The notes below the pieces were generated by a model, which was given only the letters and a program-made list of their open reading frames with translations, was not told where the DNA came from and searched no databases. The position numbers and the translations under genes are program-made. Of a stretch of 64,000 nt of DNA, positions 9,369-17,693 are shown one piece after another. How positions within the stretch are numbered: the stretch's first letter is position 1; the number at the start of each line of letters is the position of its first letter. Source of the stretch: an uncultured Spirochaetota bacterium (GTDB lineage Bacteria > Spirochaetota > Spirochaetia > SZUA-6 > Fen-1364); assembly GCA_963845535.1 (NCBI GenBank), contig CAWJSK010000023.1, forward strand, positions 64,001 to 128,000. The letters run 5' to 3'.

Positions 9369-10497
9369 GTGCTAGGAGAGTTGGAACAGAAACTGACGTC
9401 CCTCGGAGAGCAGATCCAGGAAACCTGGAGGGGTCTTTGACCCGGAAACGCTGAAGAGAGAGATCGCGGAGATAGAGAAGCAGACCGCTCACCCGGATTT
9501 CTGGCTGGACAAGGAACAGGCCGGCAAGGCGCTCTCAAGGCTCAAGGAGCTGAAGGGCCGCTACGAGCCGTGGGAGAAGCTGCGCTCGGAGTATGAGGAC
9601 CTGGCCGGGATCTGGCGGATGGCCCTGGAGGAAAGAGACGAATCCCTGGAGGAGGACCTGCGCCGGTCCTGGGAGAACCTTTCGAAAAAGTATGACGAGC
9701 TGAAGGTGCTCGAGCTGCTGGGGGAGGAAACAGACCCGTTCTCCGCCTTTGTCACCGTCCACTCGGGAGCAGGCGGCAATGAAGCCAACGACTGGGCGGG
9801 GATGCTCCTGCGCATGTACACGCGATGGTCGGAACGCCACGGGTACACGGTGGACATCATCGACATCCTGGAGGCCGAGGGCGGGATCAAGAGCGTCACC
9901 GTCCAGGTGAACGGCGCATACGCGTACGGCTACCTGAAAGCGGAGACGGGCATCCACCGTCTGGTCCGCATATCACCTTTCGACTCCAACGCCCGGCGGC
10001 ACACCTCGTTCGCGTCGGTGTTCTGCTTCCCCGTCCTTGATGACACCATTGACGTGGACATCCGCCCCGAGGACCTGCGCATCGACACCTACCGGGCCGG
10101 CGGCGCCGGCGGCCAGCACGTGAACAAGACGGACTCCGCGGTCCGCATCACGCACCTGCCCACCGGGATCGTCGTGCAGTGCCAGAACGAGCGCAGCCAG
10201 TACAAGAACAAGGCTTTTGCCATGAAGGTTCTCCGCTCCCGCCTGTATGAGCACTACAAGGAGGAGCAGGAAAAGGAAAACGAAAAGCTCGCGCAGGAAA
10301 AGAAAGAAATCTCCTGGGGAAACCAGATCCGCTCCTACACGTTCCAGCCCTATACCCTGGTCAAGGACCACCGCACCAAGCACGAGGCCGGCAACATCCA
10401 GGCCGTCATGGATGGGGAGATCGATCCCTTCATCGAGGCGTACCTGAAGCAGCAGTGGCTCGGGAAGAAAGATGGCGGTCAACGTACTGATAGCTGA
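9369..10497 (+). CDS. prfB: Peptide chain release factor 2 (programmed +1 frameshift)
   Basis: AAGGAG RBS, GTG start, CTT-TGA-C after codon 23; SPF and GGQ motifs in the +1 frame. Confidence 0.97.
9427..9441 (+). promoter_or_regulatory. RF2 programmed +1 frameshift site
   Basis: Internal SD GGAGGGG followed by T-CTT-TGA-C (CTT 9435-9437, TGA 9438-9440). Confidence 0.95.
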
Positions 10498-10840
10498 TGA
10501 CCTCGCGTTCATCAAGATCGTCCTGCGGGACATCCTGGAAAAGTCAGGCTTCCGAGTCGTCGGGGAAGCCTCCACGGGGGAAGAGGCCATTGCGCGTTAC
10601 CTCGATACGCGGCCTGACGTGGTTCTCATGGACATCACGATGCCCGGAATGGACGGGCTGACCGCGCTCCAGAAGATCCGGGAGATTGATCCCGCCGCTC
10701 GCGTCATCATCTGCTCCGCAATCGGCCAGCAACGCCTGATCCTCCAGGCCATCGAGATGGGAGCCAAGGATTTCATCGTCAAGCCGTTCCAGCCTCAGAG
10801 GGTGGTTTCCGCCCTCAAGAAGGCGCTCAACATCTCGTGA
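10472..10840 (+). CDS. CheY-like single-domain response regulator
   Basis: VLIADD, DVVLMDITMPGMDG, CSA and FIVKPF receiver motifs; 122 aa. Confidence 0.92.
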   Translation: MAVNVLIADDLAFIKIVLRDILEKSGFRVVGEASTGEEAIARYLDTRPDVVLMDITMPGMDGLTALQKIREIDPAARVIICSAIGQQRLILQAIEMGAKDFIVKPFQPQRVVSALKKALNIS

Positions 10841-12396
10841 TGAAAGCCGGGGTCGCTTTCCTGCTCCTGGCGCTCGTGCCGCTCGCGCCGCTTCTCTCGC
10901 AGACCGCCACATTGCCCGGCGCAACGACAACGACGCCTGCGAGCACTTCCACGACCACTCCGGGGACAACCACGCCTTCGACCTCGACTTCCACCCCGGC
11001 GGCGGCCGCGAACCCCGCCAAACCCGATCTCTCCATCCCGGCGGACAAAAAAGACACGTGGGTGGTCGGGTTCTGCGCCTTCAACGCGGAACGCCTCCCT
11101 GCGGAAGACCAGTACCTCACCTACAGCATCCCGCAGATGCTGAAAAACCAGCTTGCGGGGCTGACCTCCCATACGCTGTCCGACGCGGAGCGCAAACAGC
11201 TTCGAAAGAACCTCGTGTCCCACGAGCTGGACACCGTGGACCAGAACATCTCAGGCTTCTTCAAGGAGCGTGATGCGCTGTTCCTCAACTCCTTTGGTCC
11301 CGACGTCCCGTCCACCGAAACGGTGGATGACAAGATACGGGCCGCGCTGGCCCGCAAGGACTTCCTCAAAACGCTGGATCTCAATCTCATCAAGGTGGCC
11401 GAGCAGAAGACCCTGGAGGTCAAGGAAGGGACCGGCGTGGGGAAGCTTTTCGACGCCCTGTCCATCCCCGCGTCCGTGTTCTGCGAACGCCAGGGGATCG
11501 ACCTGCTCGTGGGGGGGATGGTTCGTGAGGTCGAAGGCTATATTCTCCTGGACATCTGGGCATATGACGCAACCACCCGGACCGTGGAGGTGAGCTTTCG
11601 GGACGCCGCGCTGAAAGAGGAGGTGTATCAGTCCGTGCCCCAGGCGGGTACGGAGCTCACCGGGCTTTTCCTGGGCAAGCCCTGGGCAACCATCTCCTTC
11701 TTGCCTGATCCTCCGCAAAGCTCGCTGTACGTGAACGGGAAGCTTGTTGCAACGGGCAGAACGCCGGTGCTGTACCTGGCGCCGGGGACCGTGGAGATCA
11801 CGGTTTCGGCCCCGGGCTATCGGGACCTCACGCAAACCATGACGTTGTCGGCGGATCAGGACAGCTCACTCGCCGTCACCCTGGAGAAAAAAGAAGCGGG
11901 GACCGTTCTCATCACATCCACGCCGTCGGGCGCGGATGTTTACGTGGAATCCGTGTGGAAGGGCAGGACGCCCCTTGCCCTGGAAAAGCCCTATGATCGG
12001 ACGCGGGTGGACATCACGCAAAAGGGCTACTACGACATGCCTTTTTCCGTCAGCGAAAGCTCGCCGTCGGAGATGGGCTTTGTCCTGCAGCCGGACGCGG
12101 TTTCCCGGGACGCGCTCCAGAAACAAGCGCGGGACCAGTTCTACAATTCCTTTGCCTTGTTCGTTGTTTCGGTGCCCATTCCCCTTTTCTCCTACGCATT
12201 TGCCCTCAACTCATCCGTCCAGACCAATGAGCTGGTGGCGCAGGGAAATACCGCCCAGGCCTTGAGCGCCCAGGCAAGAACAAGCGTCTATTATGACATT
12301 TATATTGCGGGCACCGTCGTCAGCGCGGCCCTTTTTACCTGGATGATCATCCGGATAATCCATTACGTCTCGGTCTCCACGCGGACGGCCGGTTAG
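10840..12396 (+). CDS. PEGA domain-containing exported/membrane protein
   Basis: Signal peptide, Thr/Pro-rich linker, two PEGA-like repeats (LYVNG..GRTP; S.PSGADVYV...GRTP), two C-terminal TMs. Confidence 0.8.
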   Translation: MKAGVAFLLLALVPLAPLLSQTATLPGATTTTPASTSTTTPGTTTPSTSTSTPAAAANPAKPDLSIPADKKDTWVVGFCAFNAERLPAEDQYLTYSIPQMLKNQLAGLTSHTLSDAERKQLRKNLVSHELDTVDQNISGFFKERDALFLNSFGPDVPSTETVDDKIRAALARKDFLKTLDLNLIKVAEQKTLEVKEGTGVGKLFDALSIPASVFCERQGIDLLVGGMVREVEGYILLDIWAYDATTRTVEVSFRDAALKEEVYQSVPQAGTELTGLFLGKPWATISFLPDPPQSSLYVNGKLVATGRTPVLYLAPGTVEITVSAPGYRDLTQTMTLSADQDSSLAVTLEKKEAGTVLITSTPSGADVYVESVWKGRTPLALEKPYDRTRVDITQKGYYDMPFSVSESSPSEMGFVLQPDAVSRDALQKQARDQFYNSFALFVVSVPIPLFSYAFALNSSVQTNELVAQGNTAQALSAQARTSVYYDIYIAGTVVSAALFTWMIIRIIHYVSVSTRTAG

Positions 12397-12405
12397 GAAT
12401 TGCAC

Positions 12406-13284
12406 ATGGCATGGTTGGGGCTCGGGAAACGGCTGCGGGAAATCTTTCAGACCCGGGAGTTCGACGGAAAGTTCTTCGAGGATCTCGAGGATGCGTTGAT
12501 CGAAGCGGACGTCGGCGTCCGCCTCGCTTCGCAGACCATCGAGGCCCTCCAGGAGGCTTCCCGCACGGACGGGATCACGACCCGCGAAGGCCTGCGCAAG
12601 GCCCTCAAGAGCATCCTCGGCAGGGACATCGTCCGGGCCGACCTTGCGCTCGTCCCTGACGCGTTGAACGTGCTCGTCGTGCTGGGAGTGAACGGAGTGG
12701 GGAAGACCACGACCATCGCCAAGCTGGCCAGATATTTCCAGACCGCGCGCGGCGTGGATCGCATTCTCCTCGTGGCGGGGGACACGTTTCGAGCGGCGGC
12801 CATCGACCAGCTCAAGATCCTCGGGCAGCGGTTGAACCTGCCCGTGATAGCTCAGGAGCCGGGGGCGGATACGGGGGCGGTGATTTTCGACGGAATCTCG
12901 GCCGCATCCGCCCGGGGCATTCCCCTGGTCATCGCCGACACGGCGGGCAGGCTGCACACGAAGGACGCCCTGGTCAAGGAGCTGGCCAAGATCGACAAGA
13001 TCGTGAAAGCGCGCGCGGGAGGCGCGGGATACCGCAAGCTGCTGGTCCTCGACGCCACAACGGGGCAGAACTCCCTTGCCCAGGCGGAGGTTTTCCACAA
13101 GGCTGTGGGGATAGATTCCATCGTTCTCACGAAGATGGACTCGACCGCCAAGGGCGGCATGGTGGTGCCCATCTGCCGGGAGCTCGGGATCCCGATTTCT
13201 TTTATCGGCTACGGGGAGAAGCTCGAGGACCTTCAGGTCTTCGACCCGGAGCAATACCTGGCGTCGGTCCTCGGAGAATCGTAA
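12406..13284 (+). CDS. ftsY: SRP receptor FtsY
   Basis: GVNGVGKTTT, DTFRAAA, DTAGR, DATTGQN and TKMDSTAKGG motifs. Confidence 0.97.
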   Translation: MAWLGLGKRLREIFQTREFDGKFFEDLEDALIEADVGVRLASQTIEALQEASRTDGITTREGLRKALKSILGRDIVRADLALVPDALNVLVVLGVNGVGKTTTIAKLARYFQTARGVDRILLVAGDTFRAAAIDQLKILGQRLNLPVIAQEPGADTGAVIFDGISAASARGIPLVIADTAGRLHTKDALVKELAKIDKIVKARAGGAGYRKLLVLDATTGQNSLAQAEVFHKAVGIDSIVLTKMDSTAKGGMVVPICRELGIPISFIGYGEKLEDLQVFDPEQYLASVLGES

Positions 13285-14367
13285 GTGCGAAACTCCTCCC
13301 TGCTCTTCGTTTTCCTCCTGGCCGCGTTTCCGCTGCTTGCAGCCTCCGCGATCTATCGATCCAACGATTTCGGGATGCAGCTCGAGCCCGTCCCCTCATG
13401 GCGTCGCGACGAGCTTCAGTGGGTCCTCGAGGTGACCGCCCGGGCGAACGGGGAAACACGACGCCTCTTCCAGGACGGCAAAGAGGTGCGGCGATGGGAG
13501 ACATCGCGCGCCGCGGACGGCCGAACGGAAGAGCAGGAGCTTGCCGGCGGCGCGCTCGTGACGCTGCGCCGGTACGCGCCCAACGGAGACCTCCTGGAAG
13601 AGGATCAGTACAGCAAAGGAAAGCTTTCGCGGAAATCGCTGTACACCTACGCCTCCTCCCGCGTGACGCGCGTACGGGTGCTCGGCCCCGACGGCGCGCT
13701 GGAGTACAACAAGGACTATTTCTATGCCTCCCGCGGGAGCCTCCGTGAGGTGAGACAGACGGGAGGACAAGAGGAGACGCGGGTTTCCGCTTTCGTGGCC
13801 GGGCGTTCGGGCCCTTCCGAGGAATGGAACAGAAACGGTAATGACCTCTTTCTCTCCCGGTTCGACGACAGGGGCCGGACCGTGGAGAGAGAGCACCGTG
13901 CGGGGAAGGACCTTGTGTCGCGGGAAGACTTCGTCTACCGCAAGGACTCCGTTGACCTGCTTTCCGCCGTCGAGACGTTGCCGGGAGAAGGGAAGGTCAT
14001 CACTCGTTCGTACGACTCCTCGGGAAGGCTCGAAGCTGAGACCATGTCGGTGGCCGGGAAGGTGGTGCAGGAGACCGGATACGGGCGGGATGACAAGGGC
14101 AGGCTGACGCGGGAGCTCCGCCGGGGCGCCTCAGGCCTGGAGGAATGGCGATACACGCTCGACCCGGCCGGAAAGGTCACACGGGAGGAATACTTTCGCC
14201 GCGGCTCGCTGGAAAAAGTGACCCTCTACGGACAAGACAACGCGCGGACGGAGGAGCTCTACCAGGGCGGCAGCCTTTTCATGAAGGTCTCCTATAAAGG
14301 AGAGACCCGCACGCGTGAGGAGGTCTACGCGGACGGCAAGGTCGTGAAAGAGAGGAGCTTCCCGTGA
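13285..14367 (+). CDS. Exported protein with YD/MORN-like beta repeats
   Basis: Signal peptide; repeats such as YAPNGDLLEE, YDSSGRL, DDKGRL, DPAGKV. Confidence 0.7.
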   Translation: MRNSSLLFVFLLAAFPLLAASAIYRSNDFGMQLEPVPSWRRDELQWVLEVTARANGETRRLFQDGKEVRRWETSRAADGRTEEQELAGGALVTLRRYAPNGDLLEEDQYSKGKLSRKSLYTYASSRVTRVRVLGPDGALEYNKDYFYASRGSLREVRQTGGQEETRVSAFVAGRSGPSEEWNRNGNDLFLSRFDDRGRTVEREHRAGKDLVSREDFVYRKDSVDLLSAVETLPGEGKVITRSYDSSGRLEAETMSVAGKVVQETGYGRDDKGRLTRELRRGASGLEEWRYTLDPAGKVTREEYFRRGSLEKVTLYGQDNARTEELYQGGSLFMKVSYKGETRTREEVYADGKVVKERSFP

Positions 14368-15692
14368 GGCCCTCCGTCACGCTGCTTGTCGCATCTCGCT
14401 ATTTCAGGACGCGTCGCCGCACGGGGAATGCCTCCACCATCCTTTCCATCGTGGGGACCGCCGTGGGCGTGATGGCCCTCACCGTCGTCCTTGCCGTCAT
14501 GAACGGGTTCCAGCTCGGATTCATCGAGCCGATCGTGGAGATCAGCTCCTACCACCTGCAGTTGGCCCCGGACCGCGGCGCCGCGGGAGGTAGCCAATCC
14601 CTCGGTGAGCCGTCGTTTCTCACCCGCATCAAGAGCCTCCCCGATGTGACGGCGCTGGTGCCTTTCGTGGACAGGCAGGCGCTCGTGGAGGGGCCGTACC
14701 AGAAAGCACGCGCGTGCGAGCTGCGCGCCGTTCCGCCGGACCTTTTTGCCCGTGACCCGGTCCAGGCCGCCATGCTTGCCCCGCGGGAGGGTTCGTTCGA
14801 CCTCACGCGTCCGGGCTCCCTTGTCATAGGAGTGGAGCTGGCGGCGGCAACCGGGGTTCGCGTCGGGGATTCCCTGGCTCTTACTTCCTTCGCCATCGGG
14901 CCGTCAGGGAGGCCTGCGCCGCGGCGCGCGGCCTTCCGCGTGACAGGGGTGTTCCGCACGGGCTACTGGGATTTCGACATAGGGCTGGTGTTCACGTCCC
15001 TTGAAACGGCGGACAACGTGTTCGGCTCGGGCGCGCCTCTTCCCCGCACCTACGGCGTGAAGATAGCGGACAGGTTCCTCGACGGCCGCGCGCTCGGGGA
15101 AATACGCCCTCTTCTCTCGGGAACGGGATACACCGTGGAGAGCTGGAGGACATACAACAAGTCCTTCTTCGACGCGCTGTTCATGGAAAAACTGATGATG
15201 ATGGTGCTTGTCGGGCTCATTTTCATCGTGGTCGGCTTCAACGTCTATCATTCGCTGCGAAGGAGCGTGCATGAGCGCATGGAGGAGATCGCCGTCCTCA
15301 AGGCCGTCGGCGTTCCCCCGGGCCGCATCCAGGGGATTTTCGTGCTCGAGGGCCTGATCATCGGCGTTTCGGGCGCGCTCGGCGGGCTGGTGGCAGGCCT
15401 TCTGGTGGCCATGAACGTGAACGGCGTCTTCGCTCTGGTCGAAGCCATTGTCAACGGCCTCCTGCGAGCCGTGCATGCCCTCATCCTGCCGTTTGCCGCC
15501 AATGCCGCTGAAGGGGGCTTTTCCATCTTTTCCCCCGCGTACTTCTACCTTTCCCAAGTGCCTTCCCGGGTCCTTCCCCAGGAAGCGTTTTTCGTATGTT
15601 TCTTCGCCGTGCTCGCCTGCACGGGGGCGGCCTGGGCGGCTTCCCGTGCAGTGTCCCGTTTCCGTCCAGCAGAGGTGCTTCGCTATGAATGA
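14364..15692 (+). CDS. LolC/E-type ABC permease
   Basis: GVMALTVVLAVMNGF, EIAVLKAVG and PAEVLRYE motifs (MacB/FtsX-like). Confidence 0.9.
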   Translation: MRPSVTLLVASRYFRTRRRTGNASTILSIVGTAVGVMALTVVLAVMNGFQLGFIEPIVEISSYHLQLAPDRGAAGGSQSLGEPSFLTRIKSLPDVTALVPFVDRQALVEGPYQKARACELRAVPPDLFARDPVQAAMLAPREGSFDLTRPGSLVIGVELAAATGVRVGDSLALTSFAIGPSGRPAPRRAAFRVTGVFRTGYWDFDIGLVFTSLETADNVFGSGAPLPRTYGVKIADRFLDGRALGEIRPLLSGTGYTVESWRTYNKSFFDALFMEKLMMMVLVGLIFIVVGFNVYHSLRRSVHERMEEIAVLKAVGVPPGRIQGIFVLEGLIIGVSGALGGLVAGLLVAMNVNGVFALVEAIVNGLLRAVHALILPFAANAAEGGFSIFSPAYFYLSQVPSRVLPQEAFFVCFFAVLACTGAAWAASRAVSRFRPAEVLRYE

Positions 15693-16392
15693 AAACGCAG
15701 GCGGCATGGCGCGGGAGAACCCGCTGGTGGAAGTCCGGGCGCTTGGCCGGCGCTTCCAGACGGGAGCCGAGTCTCTCGAAGTCCTCGTGAACGTGAACCT
15801 CGACGTCGAGCGGGGGACAACCGTTGCCGTCACGGGGGAAAGCGGCTGCGGAAAAAGCACGATGCTTGCGCTCATTGGAGGTCTTGATCACCCCACCGCG
15901 GGAAGCGTACGGGTGGGGGATACCGAGGTAACGGGGCTCGAGGAGTCAGGCCTCAGCAGGTACCGAAGCAGGGACGTGGGATTCATTTTCCAGTTTCACT
16001 TCCTTCTCAAGGACTTCACCGCCCTGGAAAACGTCATCATCCCCGGCATGCTCGGGGGCGTCACGGGGAAAGCCCTGCGCGAGCGCGGCCGGCAGCTCCT
16101 TGACGAGGTAGGCCTGGAAAAGCGCATGAACGCCTGGCCCGTGGAGCTTTCCGGCGGGGAACGCCAGCGGGTTGCGGTGGCGCGCGCCCTCATCAACGAG
16201 CCGCTTCTTCTCCTGGCGGACGAGCCCACGGGGAACCTCGATGAACGGAACGCGGGGAACGTCGAGGAGATGCTGTTCACGCTCGTGGAAAGGCACCAGA
16301 GAACCATGATCCTGGTCACGCATGACCAGGTGCTTGCCGCCCGGGCGGACAGGCGCTTTCTGCTGAGCGGCGGGGTGTTGAGGGACGGATGA
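15685..16392 (+). CDS. lolD: LolD-type ABC ATPase
   Basis: GESGCGKST, GFIFQFHFLL, LSGGERQRVA and ADEPTGNLD motifs. Confidence 0.9.
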   Translation: MNENAGGMARENPLVEVRALGRRFQTGAESLEVLVNVNLDVERGTTVAVTGESGCGKSTMLALIGGLDHPTAGSVRVGDTEVTGLEESGLSRYRSRDVGFIFQFHFLLKDFTALENVIIPGMLGGVTGKALRERGRQLLDEVGLEKRMNAWPVELSGGERQRVAVARALINEPLLLLADEPTGNLDERNAGNVEEMLFTLVERHQRTMILVTHDQVLAARADRRFLLSGGVLRDG

Positions 16393-17693
16393 GAGCGCGC
16401 CTGGCTTTTTTCCTCAGCTCGCGGATGCTCAGGGGGAGGGACGGCACGGCCAGATACTTGCGCGGTTCCGTGCTCGGGATCGCCGTGAGCCTGGTTCCCT
16501 TGATTGTCGTGATGGAGGTCTCCACGGGCATGATCGAGGGGATCACCGCGCGCCTTCTCGAGGTGGGCACCTACCACGTGCAGGTCGCCCTGCCTTCGGG
16601 AACGCCGCTTTCGGACATGCAAAGCCGCGCCGCCGCAATCGCGGCCGTGCCCGACGTGGTTGCCGCCATCCCCGAGCGGCAGGGCACCGGCCTCCTTGTC
16701 ACGGGCAGCGCGGCGGCTGCCGTCAGCATCCGCTGCGTGCCGTCCGACGTGTTTGCCGTGGACTCCGGATTTCGGTCCCACGTCACCCTCCGGGCCGGGT
16801 CCTTCGACTTGTCCCGGGCGGACTCCCTTTTGGTGAGCGCCGCGCTGGCCTCCTCACTGGGGGTCATGGTTGGAGACCGGGTGAACCTCCTCACGACGTT
16901 TGGAGAAAATCTCAGCGGAGCGGCCCGCGTGACCCCTCTCGTCGTCAGCGGCGTGTACGAAACCGGCTACCAGGAGCTGGACAAGACGCTTGTCTACGGC
17001 TCCCTCGGCCTCGCATCCAAGTTCCTCTCCCCCCATGGCTCGCGCGCGCTGATCGGCGTGAAAGTAAGGCATCCGTTCGCCGACCTCGGGAGCGTGACGG
17101 AGGCCATCTCCCAGGCGGCGGGGGGCGACACGCGGGTGGCCACGTGGCGGGAGATCGAGTACCCGAGGATGGCGAGCTTCCGCACCACGAAGGCGCTCCT
17201 CCTTTTCATCATGGCGTTGATTGTCGCGGTGGCGTCGGTGAACGTTTCCTCGTCCGTTCTCATGATCGTCTTCGAACGGCGCAACGAAATCGGGATTCTC
17301 AAGTCCATCGGAGTGGGGGAGAGGTCCCTCTCCCTGTCCTTCCTCCTCACCGGCTTCATAACGGGCCTCATTGGCACGGCCGTTGGGATCGGAGCCGGGC
17401 TGCTTGTTGCGGTGAACATCAACGAAGTGATTTCCGGCCTGGAGTGGACGGTGAACGCGGTCCTGGAGGGCGTCTCGCTGTTGCGGTCAGTGTTTCAACC
17501 CTCTGCCCGCGCCATTGGAACATTCACGGTATTCAACAGCGCGTATTACCTGAAGTCGATCCCCATCAGGATCGACGCCGCGGAAGTCACCACGGCGGCG
17601 GTGGCCACGCTGCTCCTCTGCGCTTTGGCCTCCTGGCTGCCGGCCGCCCGGGCGTCCCGAACAAAGCCTCTTTCAATCCTGCGAAAAGTCTGA
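16389..17693 (+). CDS. LolC/E-type ABC permease
   Basis: N-terminal TM, periplasmic domain, EIGILKSIG, YYL..IP and LPAARAS motifs. Confidence 0.88.
   Translation: MRARLAFFLSSRMLRGRDGTARYLRGSVLGIAVSLVPLIVVMEVSTGMIEGITARLLEVGTYHVQVALPSGTPLSDMQSRAAAIAAVPDVVAAIPERQGTGLLVTGSAAAAVSIRCVPSDVFAVDSGFRSHVTLRAGSFDLSRADSLLVSAALASSLGVMVGDRVNLLTTFGENLSGAARVTPLVVSGVYETGYQELDKTLVYGSLGLASKFLSPHGSRALIGVKVRHPFADLGSVTEAISQAAGGDTRVATWREIEYPRMASFRTTKALLLFIMALIVAVASVNVSSSVLMIVFERRNEIGILKSIGVGERSLSLSFLLTGFITGLIGTAVGIGAGLLVAVNINEVISGLEWTVNAVLEGVSLLRSVFQPSARAIGTFTVFNSAYYLKSIPIRIDAAEVTTAAVATLLLCALASWLPAARASRTKPLSILRKV

Noticed and set aside
13285..14367. Rhs/YD polymorphic toxin
   Set aside because: Short, with no DPxG core end, no toxin tip and no immunity gene; it sits in a housekeeping operon.
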